The notes under the pieces: model-generated | The model's input: the letters and a program-made list of their open reading frames with translations, nothing else | Databases searched by the model: none | What the model was told of the DNA's origin: nothing | In this document: positions 47,699-57,281 of the stretch, one piece after another | How the letters are laid out: each line of letters begins with the position of its first letter | Position numbering within the stretch: the stretch's first letter is position 1 | Program-made: the position numbers and the translations under genes | From: Candidatus Bathyarchaeota archaeon | GTDB taxonomy: Archaea; Thermoproteota; Bathyarchaeia; Bathyarchaeales; Bathycorpusculaceae | Reading direction: 5' to 3' | Assembly (NCBI GenBank): GCA_026014685.1 | Contig: JAOZHW010000003.1 | Location: 35,995-99,994, forward strand | Length of the DNA stretch: 64,000 nt

Positions 47699-47724
47699 CG
47701 CAGGGTGGACTGGGGTTGTTGATT

Positions 47725-47803
47725 TGGTAGCGGGGAATAGATTTGAACTATTGATCTCTGGGTTATGAGCCCAGCGGGTTGATCCTGGCTACCCCACCCC
47801 GCT
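47725..47803 (-). tRNA. Initiator tRNA-Met(CAT)
   Basis: A1-U72 pair (AGCGGGG/CCCCGCT), CTGGG-CTCATAA-CCCAG with three G-C pairs, CCA encoded. Confidence 0.96.
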
Positions 47804-47932
47804 ACGTTTCTGTATACCTAAAACGGTTGGGTGCAACTATTACTTGAAATGTCGAATATTAATAGTTTCTTTTTCGTTGCTCAGCAAAAGCATTTTAGTG
47901 TCGAATATATCTCATAGGCTGGATGAAACTCG

Positions 47933-48604
47933 ATGGATAAGCCGTATCTACGTAAACTTTCAAACCCCACCCTAGACAACCCAATCTTCGTACAGGGCTT
48001 ACCCGGATTCGGCAACGTGGGGCGTATTGCGGCTCATCTGCTGATAAAATTCTGCGACGCCAAACCCTTCGCCGAACTCTACTCACCTTCATTCCCCGAT
48101 TACATCTCCATAACCACCAAAGGCATCGCACATCTACCCCGCTACGAATTCTACTATGCACCTATGGAGAAAAACAACCTCGTAATCATGACTGGCGAAA
48201 TCCAGCCTAGCTTCGACGACGTCGTAGCCCATTACATGGTTTGCGAGTCAGTGATTGATTTTGTGCAGGAAATAGGCTGCCAATTTCTAGTTACCATGGG
48301 CGGCGTCCCCATAACTGAGGACAAAACACAGGTGTTCATAGCTGCCACTTCGCCCCGTTTAGCGACAGAATTCATGGAAAAAGGCGGCGTCATCTACAGC
48401 AAAGGCCGAATCGTCGGCGGCACAGGTTTAACTTTGGCGTTGGCTAAGGAACGTAAAATCGACGGCGTCAGCCTATTGGGCACAACAATGGGTTTCAAGG
48501 CTGATAAGGGCGCTGGTTTTCTAGTTTTCAAGTTTTTGATGAAGGCGTTGGGAAAAGAGATAAAAGAAGGTTTGGCTGAAAACAATCAGCCTGAAGAGCA
48601 ATAA
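47933..48604 (+). CDS. PAC2-family proteasome assembly chaperone
   Basis: QGLPGFGNVGRIAA, LYSPSFP, GEIQP, TMGG, GRIVG..GL. Confidence 0.9.
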   Translation: MDKPYLRKLSNPTLDNPIFVQGLPGFGNVGRIAAHLLIKFCDAKPFAELYSPSFPDYISITTKGIAHLPRYEFYYAPMEKNNLVIMTGEIQPSFDDVVAHYMVCESVIDFVQEIGCQFLVTMGGVPITEDKTQVFIAATSPRLATEFMEKGGVIYSKGRIVGGTGLTLALAKERKIDGVSLLGTTMGFKADKGAGFLVFKFLMKALGKEIKEGLAENNQPEEQ

Positions 48605-48605
48605 G

Positions 48606-48845
48606 GTGCGCGATGGGATGACACAAACTGAAAACCTGCAAGTAAGCGGTATGGATTCAAAATTCTCCAAAATAGCCTTAACCCTTTTGACTGTTCTGTT
48701 GCTCTTTTTAGGTCCAACATACGTTCCGTACCTATTGACTAGCGTGGGCTTAGAATACTTTGCTTCCATCGGGTTGGGCTTTGTGTTCTTTGTCGTTGGC
48801 TTAGTTATGCTGGTTTATTTGATCCGCAAAAAAGTCATAACCTAA
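48606..48845 (+). CDS. Small 2-TM membrane protein
   Basis: Two hydrophobic helices around GPTY; immediately after PAC2. Confidence 0.7.
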   Translation: MRDGMTQTENLQVSGMDSKFSKIALTLLTVLLLFLGPTYVPYLLTSVGLEYFASIGLGFVFFVVGLVMLVYLIRKKVIT

Positions 48846-48984
48846 ACTTTTTCCGTTTTTAGAAATTTTGCCTCAGATACCCTAGAGTGCATCATTCAAT
48901 CAGCTTTTTAGATTCTTCATCGGCACCAAACAAGGACTAAACCTGTTTAATTAACCATTTCTTCTAAGCCCAAAAGAAGCACGT

Positions 48985-49263
48985 CTATCGGTAAGCTATC
49001 CCCATACGTTTCATGAAATCCAAAACTTGCTCGTATTCGACGAGGAACTGCCTGCCTTTATCTGTAAGTTTGCATGAAGTTTGATCTTCAATTAAACCTA
49101 AATCACAAAGTTCACTGATGTAGGTTTTTAACCTGTCAAAAGGAACATTGATATGCACTTGAACTCGAGTTAACACTATTTTTTCTTCTTTGCTTTCAGC
49201 TTGGAGTACCGCCAAGAGGTCGCCATAGATTTTTAATCGATCTCTACGCGCGATTTTTTTCAA
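48985..49263 (-). CDS. Stand-alone winged-helix regulator (module 1)
   Basis: RRD.LKIYGDLL...NVPFDRLKTYI.EL..LGLI....LT.KG..L; start overlaps the 7TM stop by 4 bp. Confidence 0.88.
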   Translation of the reverse strand: MKKIARRDRLKIYGDLLAVLQAESKEEKIVLTRVQVHINVPFDRLKTYISELCDLGLIEDQTSCKLTDKGRQFLVEYEQVLDFMKRMGIAYR

Positions 49264-49973
49264 CTAATTCCCCTTTTGACGCAATGGAAGGACTTGCAAG
49301 ATATTATCAGAAATATCGCTAAACCCATCCAGCGAATCGCCAAAGCTGACCACCAAGCCGTCATGCTTGCATCTAAAGCATAGATTATCAAAGCATACTG
49401 GCTTACTGCGAGGAAAATGTAGCCGAAGGGTATCCACAGGGTTCCCGGGTCAGGTTTTTCAATATGACTTCTTAATGTATGAGCACAAAGATAAACAAGA
49501 CATACAAGGTTAAACACCCTTGTAAACGAGCTTGTAAGTGAATAGCTTGGTAGGTCAACGACTGGAATGTTTGTAATTACAAAGAAAGTCAACAGAGAGG
49601 CAAGTAGAAGCACCAACGTAACGTTCCAAAGTTTTCTTCTGCTGTTTTCTACGCTTTTTCTAGAGAAATAGTAGGTTACACAGAGGAACACAAAAGCGTA
49701 GCTTCTTAGGATAAGTTGAAAGTATATTGTTCCGTTACCAAACAAGTACGGTTGATAATATACCAGAGCGGATAGTGCGTAGGTTGCTCCGAGGAATCCA
49801 AATCCAAGTGGAAGTCCAAGGTAGCGGCTTTCCTTGGTGAATTGGTATGGTTTAACCATGAATCTGACAAGAATAAAGCATATCACTGCTGAGGTAACTT
49901 CGTAGGCAATTCGGAATGTTTGTAACTCATAAGGATCCATTGACCAATTCACCGAGTTTTGTGTTTTTAACAA
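49260..49973 (-). CDS. 7-TM membrane protein (module 1)
   Basis: Seven hydrophobic helices; KPY..T.E.RYLGLPLGFGFLG, HTLRSH...DP.T.WIP. Confidence 0.85.
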   Translation of the reverse strand: MLKTQNSVNWSMDPYELQTFRIAYEVTSAVICFILVRFMVKPYQFTKESRYLGLPLGFGFLGATYALSALVYYQPYLFGNGTIYFQLILRSYAFVFLCVTYYFSRKSVENSRRKLWNVTLVLLLASLLTFFVITNIPVVDLPSYSLTSSFTRVFNLVCLVYLCAHTLRSHIEKPDPGTLWIPFGYIFLAVSQYALIIYALDASMTAWWSALAIRWMGLAIFLIISCKSFHCVKRGIS

Positions 49974-50001
49974 TCTTGTCTGGTTTAACTAATATTTTGC
50001 C

Positions 50002-50016
50002 CTCACGATAGGTGAG
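50002..50016. promoter_or_regulatory. Palindromic operator CTCAC-GATAG-GTGAG, copy a
   Basis: Identical 17-mer CTCACGATAGGTGAGTG also at 51340 and 54231; 29 nt upstream of the 49973 start. Confidence 0.8.
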
Positions 50017-50057
50017 TGCCGCAAATGTTATCACCATCCACCTCAACAAAAAAACCT

Positions 50058-50336
50058 TCATTGATATGCTAAACCCATACGTTTCATGAAATCAAGTACA
50101 CTTTCGTATTCCTTTAGGTACTGTTTGCCTTTTTCCGTTAGCTTCAATGAATTTTCATCCTCAATTAAGCCCAATCCACCCAGCTCAGTAATGTACGTTT
50201 TTAAGCGGTCAAAGGGAACGTTTAATCTCACTTGAACGCGTGTTAGGACAACTTTGTCTTTGCCTGTTTCCTCGTTTAGTATGGAGAGGAGGTCTCCGTA
50301 AATTTTTAGTTTATCCCTACGAGCGATCCGCTTCAT
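50058..50336 (-). CDS. Stand-alone winged-helix regulator (module 2)
   Basis: Close paralog of 48985-49263 with identical NVPFDRLKTYI segment. Confidence 0.88.
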   Translation of the reverse strand: MKRIARRDKLKIYGDLLSILNEETGKDKVVLTRVQVRLNVPFDRLKTYITELGGLGLIEDENSLKLTEKGKQYLKEYESVLDFMKRMGLAYQ

Positions 50337-51006
50337 CGATTCCTCCCCTCTTTGTTGCCCTATAGAATGTTCGATACGCCACGTACAGAAAGACCGCTAA
50401 AGCGATAAGGCGGGCTGTTAAGCCACCTACAAAAGCGACCCCGTAAAGATAGTTCTCGTCTGCAGCCCTGATTAACTGTGAATACTGACTTACCGAGAGC
50501 ATTATAAATCCTAGCGGTATCCAAATCGTGGTTGGATCTAGAGATTTTAGGTGACTTCTAAGCGTATGGACGCAAATGTACGCTAAGCAAACTAAGGCAA
50601 GTATTCTGAGGAAGATGCCAAAGCCTGCAGTTATCCCCAAAGCCAAGAGGGGCGCGCTAAACAGCCACAAAAACCAAGTTGTTAAGCCGACTATTATTGC
50701 GCTAAGAATAATTACCCAGATGAAGCGGCTGTTTTTTGAGGGTTTTTTTGAGAAATAATATGTGAACGCGAGAAACACAAATGCGAATGTTCTCATGACA
50801 ACTGAGACAGTTCCCAACCCATTTATCGGGTAAATGATTCCTATGGCTAGGATTGTTTCTGCGACACCAAGAAAGCCGAATCCGAGTGGTAAGCCAAGGT
50901 ATCTTTCTTCTCTTGTGAGGCCATAGGGCTTTATCATGTACCTTAAGAGAATAAAGTACATTACTGCTGACGCTATCTCGATTGCAAACCTAGGAGCCTC
51001 ATACAT
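50317..51006 (-). CDS. 7-TM membrane protein (module 2)
   Basis: Paralog of 49260-49973; overlaps the wHTH start by 20 bp. Confidence 0.85.
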   Translation of the reverse strand: MYEAPRFAIEIASAVMYFILLRYMIKPYGLTREERYLGLPLGFGFLGVAETILAIGIIYPINGLGTVSVVMRTFAFVFLAFTYYFSKKPSKNSRFIWVIILSAIIVGLTTWFLWLFSAPLLALGITAGFGIFLRILALVCLAYICVHTLRSHLKSLDPTTIWIPLGFIMLSVSQYSQLIRAADENYLYGVAFVGGLTARLIALAVFLYVAYRTFYRATKRGGIDEADRS

Positions 51007-51339
51007 GGTGCTAATTTATTTAAGGTTTGACGCTTATTTTGTTTTTCCCTAATTGAAACTTTTCTGTATTTAATTCATTGATTATTTGGTTTACGCACAT
51101 TAAGTGAGTTAGGGCATACTAAACTGCCTTTGAAAAACGTAAAATTTTCCTCAGAATTCAGCGTGTGTTGCCTTATCATTTAATGCTTAACTATTTTTGT
51201 AAGGTCGGCGTTTGTTCATTAAAAAATATGTCACATCGCTTATAGTAATTGTTGGTTTTTGGGAGTCAATGTCTGCTTAGCGTTTCTTTTTTGTCCTGTC
51301 AGTGGTCGGTTGGAGGATTTGGAGGATTATTTAACTTTC

Positions 51340-51354
51340 CTCACGATAGGTGAG
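51340..51354. promoter_or_regulatory. Palindromic operator, copy b
   Basis: Ends 6 nt before TTATAA (51361), upstream of the 51409 start. Confidence 0.85.
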
Positions 51355-51408
51355 TGAGTCTTATAACTGCTTTTCGTTAACTTGCATGAATACAAAGGAG
51401 AAATAAAA

Positions 51409-54102
51409 ATGCAAAATGAAAATCAATCTGCAAAAAAGAAAATATACTTTTCAATCGCAGCTCTTCTAATGCTGTCAATGGCTATTCCATTGACTACCCT
51501 ACAAACAGCTAGTGCTCACACACCAGCATGGCAAATCGTTTCATATGCATACATTTCTGCAGCTCCAAGCCCAGTTGGCGTAGGCCAAGAAGTCTACGTA
51601 TTCGTATGGGTTGACACACCCTTCGCAGGCGCATTAGTAACAAACGACATTCGACGGCACAACTATAAACTTGTAATCACAGACCCAGACGGCCAAAACT
51701 CAACTCAAACTTGGGCTAGAGTTGAAGACACCACAGGTGTCCAAGCATACTCATTCACACCAAACAAAGTCGGAAACTACACATTGTCATTCTACTATCC
51801 AGGTGAAAAATACGTCTGGAACACCGTTAACACTCCAGGACTTTCAGCAGCAAACGCTCTCTTCGAAAACGACACATTCCTCCCAGCTTCAGCAATAAGA
51901 ACCCTCGAAGTAACCGAAGAACAAGTACCACCACCTTCAAGCGGCGCTCCACTTCCAACTGAATACTGGACACGACCTATAAACGGCCAAAACAGTAACT
52001 GGTACGTAATTTCCTCTAACTGGCTAAACGCCCCCTACATCCGCTCAGGCGCTACTTCAACTGGCGGTGCAGGATACGGCAGATTCCAAAAAGACGGCGC
52101 AGGCCCAGAAACATCCCACATAATGTGGACTAAACCCATACAATGGGGCGGTGTCGTCGGCGGAACCAACACCATGAACTTAGGTGAAGGCTACTACACA
52201 GGCAGCTCCTACAACCCAAGATTCGCAAACGCAATCATCATGCACGGAACTCTCTTCTACCAAGAGCCATGGGGCAACTCAGGCGGAGGCGGCGACTACG
52301 TTTCAGTAGACCTGCTAACAGGTAAAGAGAACTGGCGCATAAATACAACCGCTACAGGCGTAAACCTAACACCAAGCTTTGGCTACCTATACGGCTTTGA
52401 AGACGGCAACCAGCATGGTGTATTACCAAACGGTTTACTCATCGCATCCACAACAGCTTACACTGGTCTTGGCACAGTTTGGAGAGCATATGATGCCCGA
52501 ACAGGTGTACTAACAAACTTCAACCTAACCAACGTTCCCTCAGGCTCAGCAGCATCAGCCACACTGGCAGCTAACTCCGCAAACGGTGCATCAGCAGCAG
52601 GTCCAAGAGGCGAATACCTAATCTACTCATTAACCAACCTCGGCACCACAGCAAACCCAAGCTACTATCTAATGCAGTGGAACTCTTCCAAGTATCATCA
52701 ACTCGCAGCAGGCCAAATCGGCGCAGGCAACTGGTATCCATCTTCAGCAAACCCAGGATTCAACGCAACCGATGTCCGTATGTACGACTGGAATGTATCC
52801 CTGCCAACTGTTAAAGGGCAAGGTTGGACGATCTTTAGAGACGCTATCGTCGGTGATCGTATACTCCTCGTCCAAGGTAGCATGGGAACAGGTCCAAGAA
52901 CAGAAGGCTTCGGCGCAAACATAACTGCAGTAAGCGTTAACCCAGACAGCAAAGGCCAAATCCTCTGGACAAAGTACTACGCACCAGCTCCTGGAAACGT
53001 AACTAGAGCAATCATAGCAGTCGACGCAGAAGCAGGCACATTTGTCACAGAAGACAAAGAAACCCTACAACTAAACGGTTTCAGTCTCGCCAACGGAAAC
53101 CACGTTTGGACAGCAGAAACTCCAGTCGTTGAATGGGATACTCTTCGAAGAGACACCCTTAGCGCGTATGGTAAACTATACGCTGCAGGCTACGACGGCA
53201 TAGTTTACTGCTATGACGACGCAACAGGCAAATTACTATGGACTTATGGCAACGGCGGTCCAGGTAACTCCACTTTCGCAGGCTTAGACACAGTCTACGG
53301 ACACTACCCAGTATTCATCGACGTCATCGCAGACGGCAAAGTCTACATCGGAACAACCGAGCACTCACCCGACCAACCACTCTACAAAGGCTCAATATAC
53401 GCATGCATGAACGCAACCACCGGCGAAGAAATCTGGACCCTAACAGGTATGGGCTCCGGTATGTACGTCGGACAAAACGACCTCGTCGCAGACGGCTACT
53501 TCGTATTCCTAAACATCTACGACATGCAGATCTACACACTCGGCAAAGGTCCAAGTAAACTAACCGTTGAAGCACCTCTCGCCGCAGTAACTGAAGGTCA
53601 AAGCATAGTCATCCGCGGAACCATAACCGACATCTCAGCTGGCACAAAACAGAACGAGCAAGCAGCTAGATTCCCCAACGGCGTTCCATGTGTCTCTGAC
53701 TCAAGCATGCAAGGTTGGATGGAATACGTCTACATGCAGCAAGCATGCCCAACAGACGTAACAGGCGTCCAAATCAACCTCGCAGTCTTAGACGCTAACG
53801 GCAACTACCGAAACATCGGCACAACCACAAGTGACGGAAGCGGAACCTACAGCTACCAATGGAAACCAGACATCCCGGGCAAATACGTAGTAGTTGCAAC
53901 CTTTGCAGGCACAAACGCATACTATGGTTCATCAGCCCAAACTGCTTTTGCAGTTGACGAAGCCCCAGCAACTCCAACTCCACAAGCCACACAACCTCCA
54001 TCAGCAGCTGACCTCTACATCCTCCCCGGCATTGCAGGCATAATCGTCACCATTATCTTGGTCGGCGCAGCCATAATACTCCTGCAAAGAAAACGCCCAT
54101 AA
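51409..54102 (+). CDS. Large surface protein: Ig-like + PQQ-like beta-propeller + Ig-like + C-terminal anchor (paralog 1)
   Basis: Signal peptide, repeated D..TG...W motifs, Pro/Thr linker, TM, RKRP; AAGGAG Shine-Dalgarno before ATG 51409. Confidence 0.85.
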   Translation: MQNENQSAKKKIYFSIAALLMLSMAIPLTTLQTASAHTPAWQIVSYAYISAAPSPVGVGQEVYVFVWVDTPFAGALVTNDIRRHNYKLVITDPDGQNSTQTWARVEDTTGVQAYSFTPNKVGNYTLSFYYPGEKYVWNTVNTPGLSAANALFENDTFLPASAIRTLEVTEEQVPPPSSGAPLPTEYWTRPINGQNSNWYVISSNWLNAPYIRSGATSTGGAGYGRFQKDGAGPETSHIMWTKPIQWGGVVGGTNTMNLGEGYYTGSSYNPRFANAIIMHGTLFYQEPWGNSGGGGDYVSVDLLTGKENWRINTTATGVNLTPSFGYLYGFEDGNQHGVLPNGLLIASTTAYTGLGTVWRAYDARTGVLTNFNLTNVPSGSAASATLAANSANGASAAGPRGEYLIYSLTNLGTTANPSYYLMQWNSSKYHQLAAGQIGAGNWYPSSANPGFNATDVRMYDWNVSLPTVKGQGWTIFRDAIVGDRILLVQGSMGTGPRTEGFGANITAVSVNPDSKGQILWTKYYAPAPGNVTRAIIAVDAEAGTFVTEDKETLQLNGFSLANGNHVWTAETPVVEWDTLRRDTLSAYGKLYAAGYDGIVYCYDDATGKLLWTYGNGGPGNSTFAGLDTVYGHYPVFIDVIADGKVYIGTTEHSPDQPLYKGSIYACMNATTGEEIWTLTGMGSGMYVGQNDLVADGYFVFLNIYDMQIYTLGKGPSKLTVEAPLAAVTEGQSIVIRGTITDISAGTKQNEQAARFPNGVPCVSDSSMQGWMEYVYMQQACPTDVTGVQINLAVLDANGNYRNIGTTTSDGSGTYSYQWKPDIPGKYVVVATFAGTNAYYGSSAQTAFAVDEAPATPTPQATQPPSAADLYILPGIAGIIVTIILVGAAIILLQRKRP

Positions 54103-54230
54103 ATCAAGAAAAGACTAAAATCCTCTCTCTTTCTTCTTTTTTTAGTTGCAAGCAGCCCAAAAATGAATTTTAGGGCATTCTGCAGGGTTAATGTGGTTTT
54201 TTAGGGTTTTTTGTGGCTTCTTTAACTTTG

Positions 54231-54245
54231 CTCACGATAGGTGAG
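54231..54245. promoter_or_regulatory. Palindromic operator, copy c
   Basis: Ends 6 nt before TTATTA (54252), the same spacing as copy b. Confidence 0.85.
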
Positions 54246-54305
54246 TGAATCTTATTAGCCGTTAAGCGCCTCTAAGGTAGTCACAAAATAGGAGAAAGAA
54301 AAAAC

Positions 54306-57017
54306 ATGAAAACTCAAAAAACATTAGCCTTAATTGCGTTTGTACTAATCGCAAGCATGGCCATAACAGCAATTTCAGCGCCATTCGCAAAAGCACAAAC
54401 TTCAGGTCAAATGAAATCCTTTGCATACCTCATCGTCGAACCCAATCCAGTCGGCGTAGGCCAAACAACCTACGTCGCCATGATGGTTGATGTGCCACTA
54501 CCTGGATCGTCCGAAGCAAACGACATCAGAAGACATAACTACAAACTAACCATTACCGCACCAGACGGTAAAGTAACGACAAAAACATGGGCAGTAGTTG
54601 CAGATACTACAGGTGTCCAGTCAACTGCATTCACACCCGATCAAGTAGGTAACTACACCTTCTTCTTCGAATACCCAAACCAAAACTACACATGGACCAC
54701 AGGAACCTACCTTGTTAACACAGCATACACTGGCGTTATCTTCCTAGGTTGCAACGCAACAGCAACTCTCACTGTCCAAGAAGATCCAGTTCCATACACC
54801 GCAAACTCACCTCTTCCAACTGAATACTGGACAAGACCCATCTACGGCGAAGACTCAAACTGGTACGTAGTCGGTTCACATTGGCTCGGCAGTGGCAGTT
54901 CCTATACTGCAGCTAGCAGCAACTACTTTGGTTCATTCCAACAAGGCGGTATGAACCTCTGGCAGCAAGGTGGAACCGGCCCAGATAGTCCACACATTGT
55001 CTGGACAACTCCACTTGAAGACGGAGGCGTCGTCGGCGGAATCAACACTGGTATCGAGGGAGCAACCTTCTACTCAGGCGGTTCATATGAAGGCAGATTC
55101 CAAAACGCACTCATAGTCAACGGCAGATTATACTACAAAGCACCCCTAAGCGACCAAGTCAGCGTTACTGCGACTGGCGGAGGCGCTTACATATGCAGAG
55201 ACTTACGTACAGGCGAAATCATCTGGACAAATGACAACATAAACCCAACATTCGGCGAACTCTACTGCTATGAATCACCCAACCAACACGGAGTAATTCC
55301 AAACGGCTACCTATGGCAAGCAGTAACCCCTTCAGGGTCAGTAACAAACCAAACATGGATTGCTTGGGACGCTCTAACCGGTAAATGGCTATTTAACATC
55401 ACCGACGTTCCAGTAACCTCAGCAACCACAACCCCCAACATGTCAAGTGCAATCGCTTACACAAATCAAGGTGAAATTGTCAAATACATCCTAAGTTACA
55501 ACCGAACAGCAAAGACTGGTTGGTTGGCGCTTTGGAATTGGACTTGTGCCCAGGGAGTACCACCAACTACGACCGGTACTGGTGGTGTTCAAGCAGGCAT
55601 GAATGGAACAGGCACCAACTTCCTACAATTCCGACCCGTCGGCAAAGTCATCAATGCAAGCACCGCATACTCATGGAACGTCACCATAACAGCAGACTTA
55701 ACCGGTACGCTTTCATCACAAGTTCCGACAATCCAGTATGTACTACCAGGAGATATACTGCTTGGAACAACGCCATCTTTAGCACCAGGTGTTCTATCCT
55801 TAAGAGGTACAGTTGACCCGTACCAAGTATGGACACTAAGCTTAGCTGAAGACAACAAAGGCGCACTACTCTGGAAGAAATCATACAATGCACCATCAGG
55901 TAACATGACACTCAACCTCGGCCCAATCGATCCAGTAAACCGCGTTTGGACAACAACCACAGCAGAAGACATGCAATACCAAGGCTACAGTCTAGCTAAC
56001 GGAAACAAACTATGGGAAACCGACATGAAAGTCCGACCAATGCAATTCTTCAGCAGCGGCTCAGGTGCAGGTCAAAGATGTGTAACCGCATACGGAAACC
56101 TCTATACACAAGGCTTCGGCGGCGAAATCTTCTGCATCGACACAAACACAGGCAAAGTCGTCTGGAAATATAACAACACAAGCGGCGGCGTCGACACATC
56201 TTGGGGCTTAATCCCAACATTCATCGGCGTAATCGCTGACGGAAAAGTCTACGCCTTCAACAACGAACACTCACCAAACAGCCCGCTATACAAAGGCTAC
56301 AGCATCTATTGCATCAACGCAACTACTGGCGAAGAAATCTACAAGATGCTCTCTTGGTCAGGCCAAACAGGCGGCCAAGGTCTAAGCACACAGATTCTAG
56401 CAGACGGAACATTAGTCTACTACAACTACTACGACAACCAACTCTACGCAATCGCTAAAGGTCCAAGCCAAACCACAGTAACAGCAGGACCGAAAGTAAC
56501 CGAGCTAGGTCAAAAAGTCCTAGTTGAAGGTACAGTAATAGACATCTCAGCAGGCACAAAACAAACCGAGCAAGCAGCAAGATTCCCAAGCGGTGTTCCA
56601 GCAGTCTCTGACGCAAGCCAAGCAGCCTGGATGGAATACGTCTATATGGACCAGCCACGTCCAACAGACGCTACAGGTGTTCCAGTGACAGTTAGCGTAG
56701 TCGACCCCAACGGCAACTACTACGTTGTCGGCACAGCTACAAGTGACTCCAACGGCGCTTTCAAGGTTGTATTCACTCCAGAAGTACCAGGAGTATACAC
56801 CGTGATGGCAAACTTTGCAGGCTCCGCTTCATACTATGGTTCACATGCAACAACAGCCGTCTACGTTGACGAAGCACACGCAACAGCAACTCCACAAGCA
56901 ACAAAAGAACCAACAGCAGCTGACTTATACTTCGTACCCGCAATTGCAGGGCTATTCGTCTTAGTCATCATAGTACTAGCATTGCTAGTAGTTTTGATGA
57001 TGAAAAAACGTCCATAA
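54306..57017 (+). CDS. Large surface beta-propeller protein (paralog 2)
   Basis: Shares PVGVGQ, DIRRHNYKL.IT.PDG, LPTEYWTRPI, EHSP, ISAGTKQ.EQAARFP with paralog 1. Confidence 0.85.
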   Translation: MKTQKTLALIAFVLIASMAITAISAPFAKAQTSGQMKSFAYLIVEPNPVGVGQTTYVAMMVDVPLPGSSEANDIRRHNYKLTITAPDGKVTTKTWAVVADTTGVQSTAFTPDQVGNYTFFFEYPNQNYTWTTGTYLVNTAYTGVIFLGCNATATLTVQEDPVPYTANSPLPTEYWTRPIYGEDSNWYVVGSHWLGSGSSYTAASSNYFGSFQQGGMNLWQQGGTGPDSPHIVWTTPLEDGGVVGGINTGIEGATFYSGGSYEGRFQNALIVNGRLYYKAPLSDQVSVTATGGGAYICRDLRTGEIIWTNDNINPTFGELYCYESPNQHGVIPNGYLWQAVTPSGSVTNQTWIAWDALTGKWLFNITDVPVTSATTTPNMSSAIAYTNQGEIVKYILSYNRTAKTGWLALWNWTCAQGVPPTTTGTGGVQAGMNGTGTNFLQFRPVGKVINASTAYSWNVTITADLTGTLSSQVPTIQYVLPGDILLGTTPSLAPGVLSLRGTVDPYQVWTLSLAEDNKGALLWKKSYNAPSGNMTLNLGPIDPVNRVWTTTTAEDMQYQGYSLANGNKLWETDMKVRPMQFFSSGSGAGQRCVTAYGNLYTQGFGGEIFCIDTNTGKVVWKYNNTSGGVDTSWGLIPTFIGVIADGKVYAFNNEHSPNSPLYKGYSIYCINATTGEEIYKMLSWSGQTGGQGLSTQILADGTLVYYNYYDNQLYAIAKGPSQTTVTAGPKVTELGQKVLVEGTVIDISAGTKQTEQAARFPSGVPAVSDASQAAWMEYVYMDQPRPTDATGVPVTVSVVDPNGNYYVVGTATSDSNGAFKVVFTPEVPGVYTVMANFAGSASYYGSHATTAVYVDEAHATATPQATKEPTAADLYFVPAIAGLFVLVIIVLALLVVLMMKKRP

Positions 57018-57281
57018 GGTGAAAACGTTGAATCAATCAACTTTCCCTCCTTTTCTTTGTTTGAATCTGGCTTTAGAAGCTGGGGCTGAGAGGGTTTCTG
57101 GTTTAAATTCACGATGTTGCGATCGTGGTTTTTCATTTTTCTTTTCTCCTTAAGAAGAATTATGACCCAGAAACCCCAGCAAACCCCCAAAAAACTGCTT
57201 TTATCTTGTTTCGAGGGTTTAGTTAGAATACACTTCCAGAATACATAAGGCATATAGGTTATAGCTAAAAGAATAATTTCT

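Noticed and set aside
49260-51006. 7TM proteins as microbial rhodopsins
   Set aside because: No DxxxK retinal-binding lysine motif within helix 7 of either paralog.
51409-57017. Propeller proteins as PQQ-dependent dehydrogenases
   Set aside because: Only the generic Trp-docking repeats are visible; I see no vicinal Cys-Cys or other catalytic signature, and the Ig-like domains and anchor point to a structural or adhesive role.
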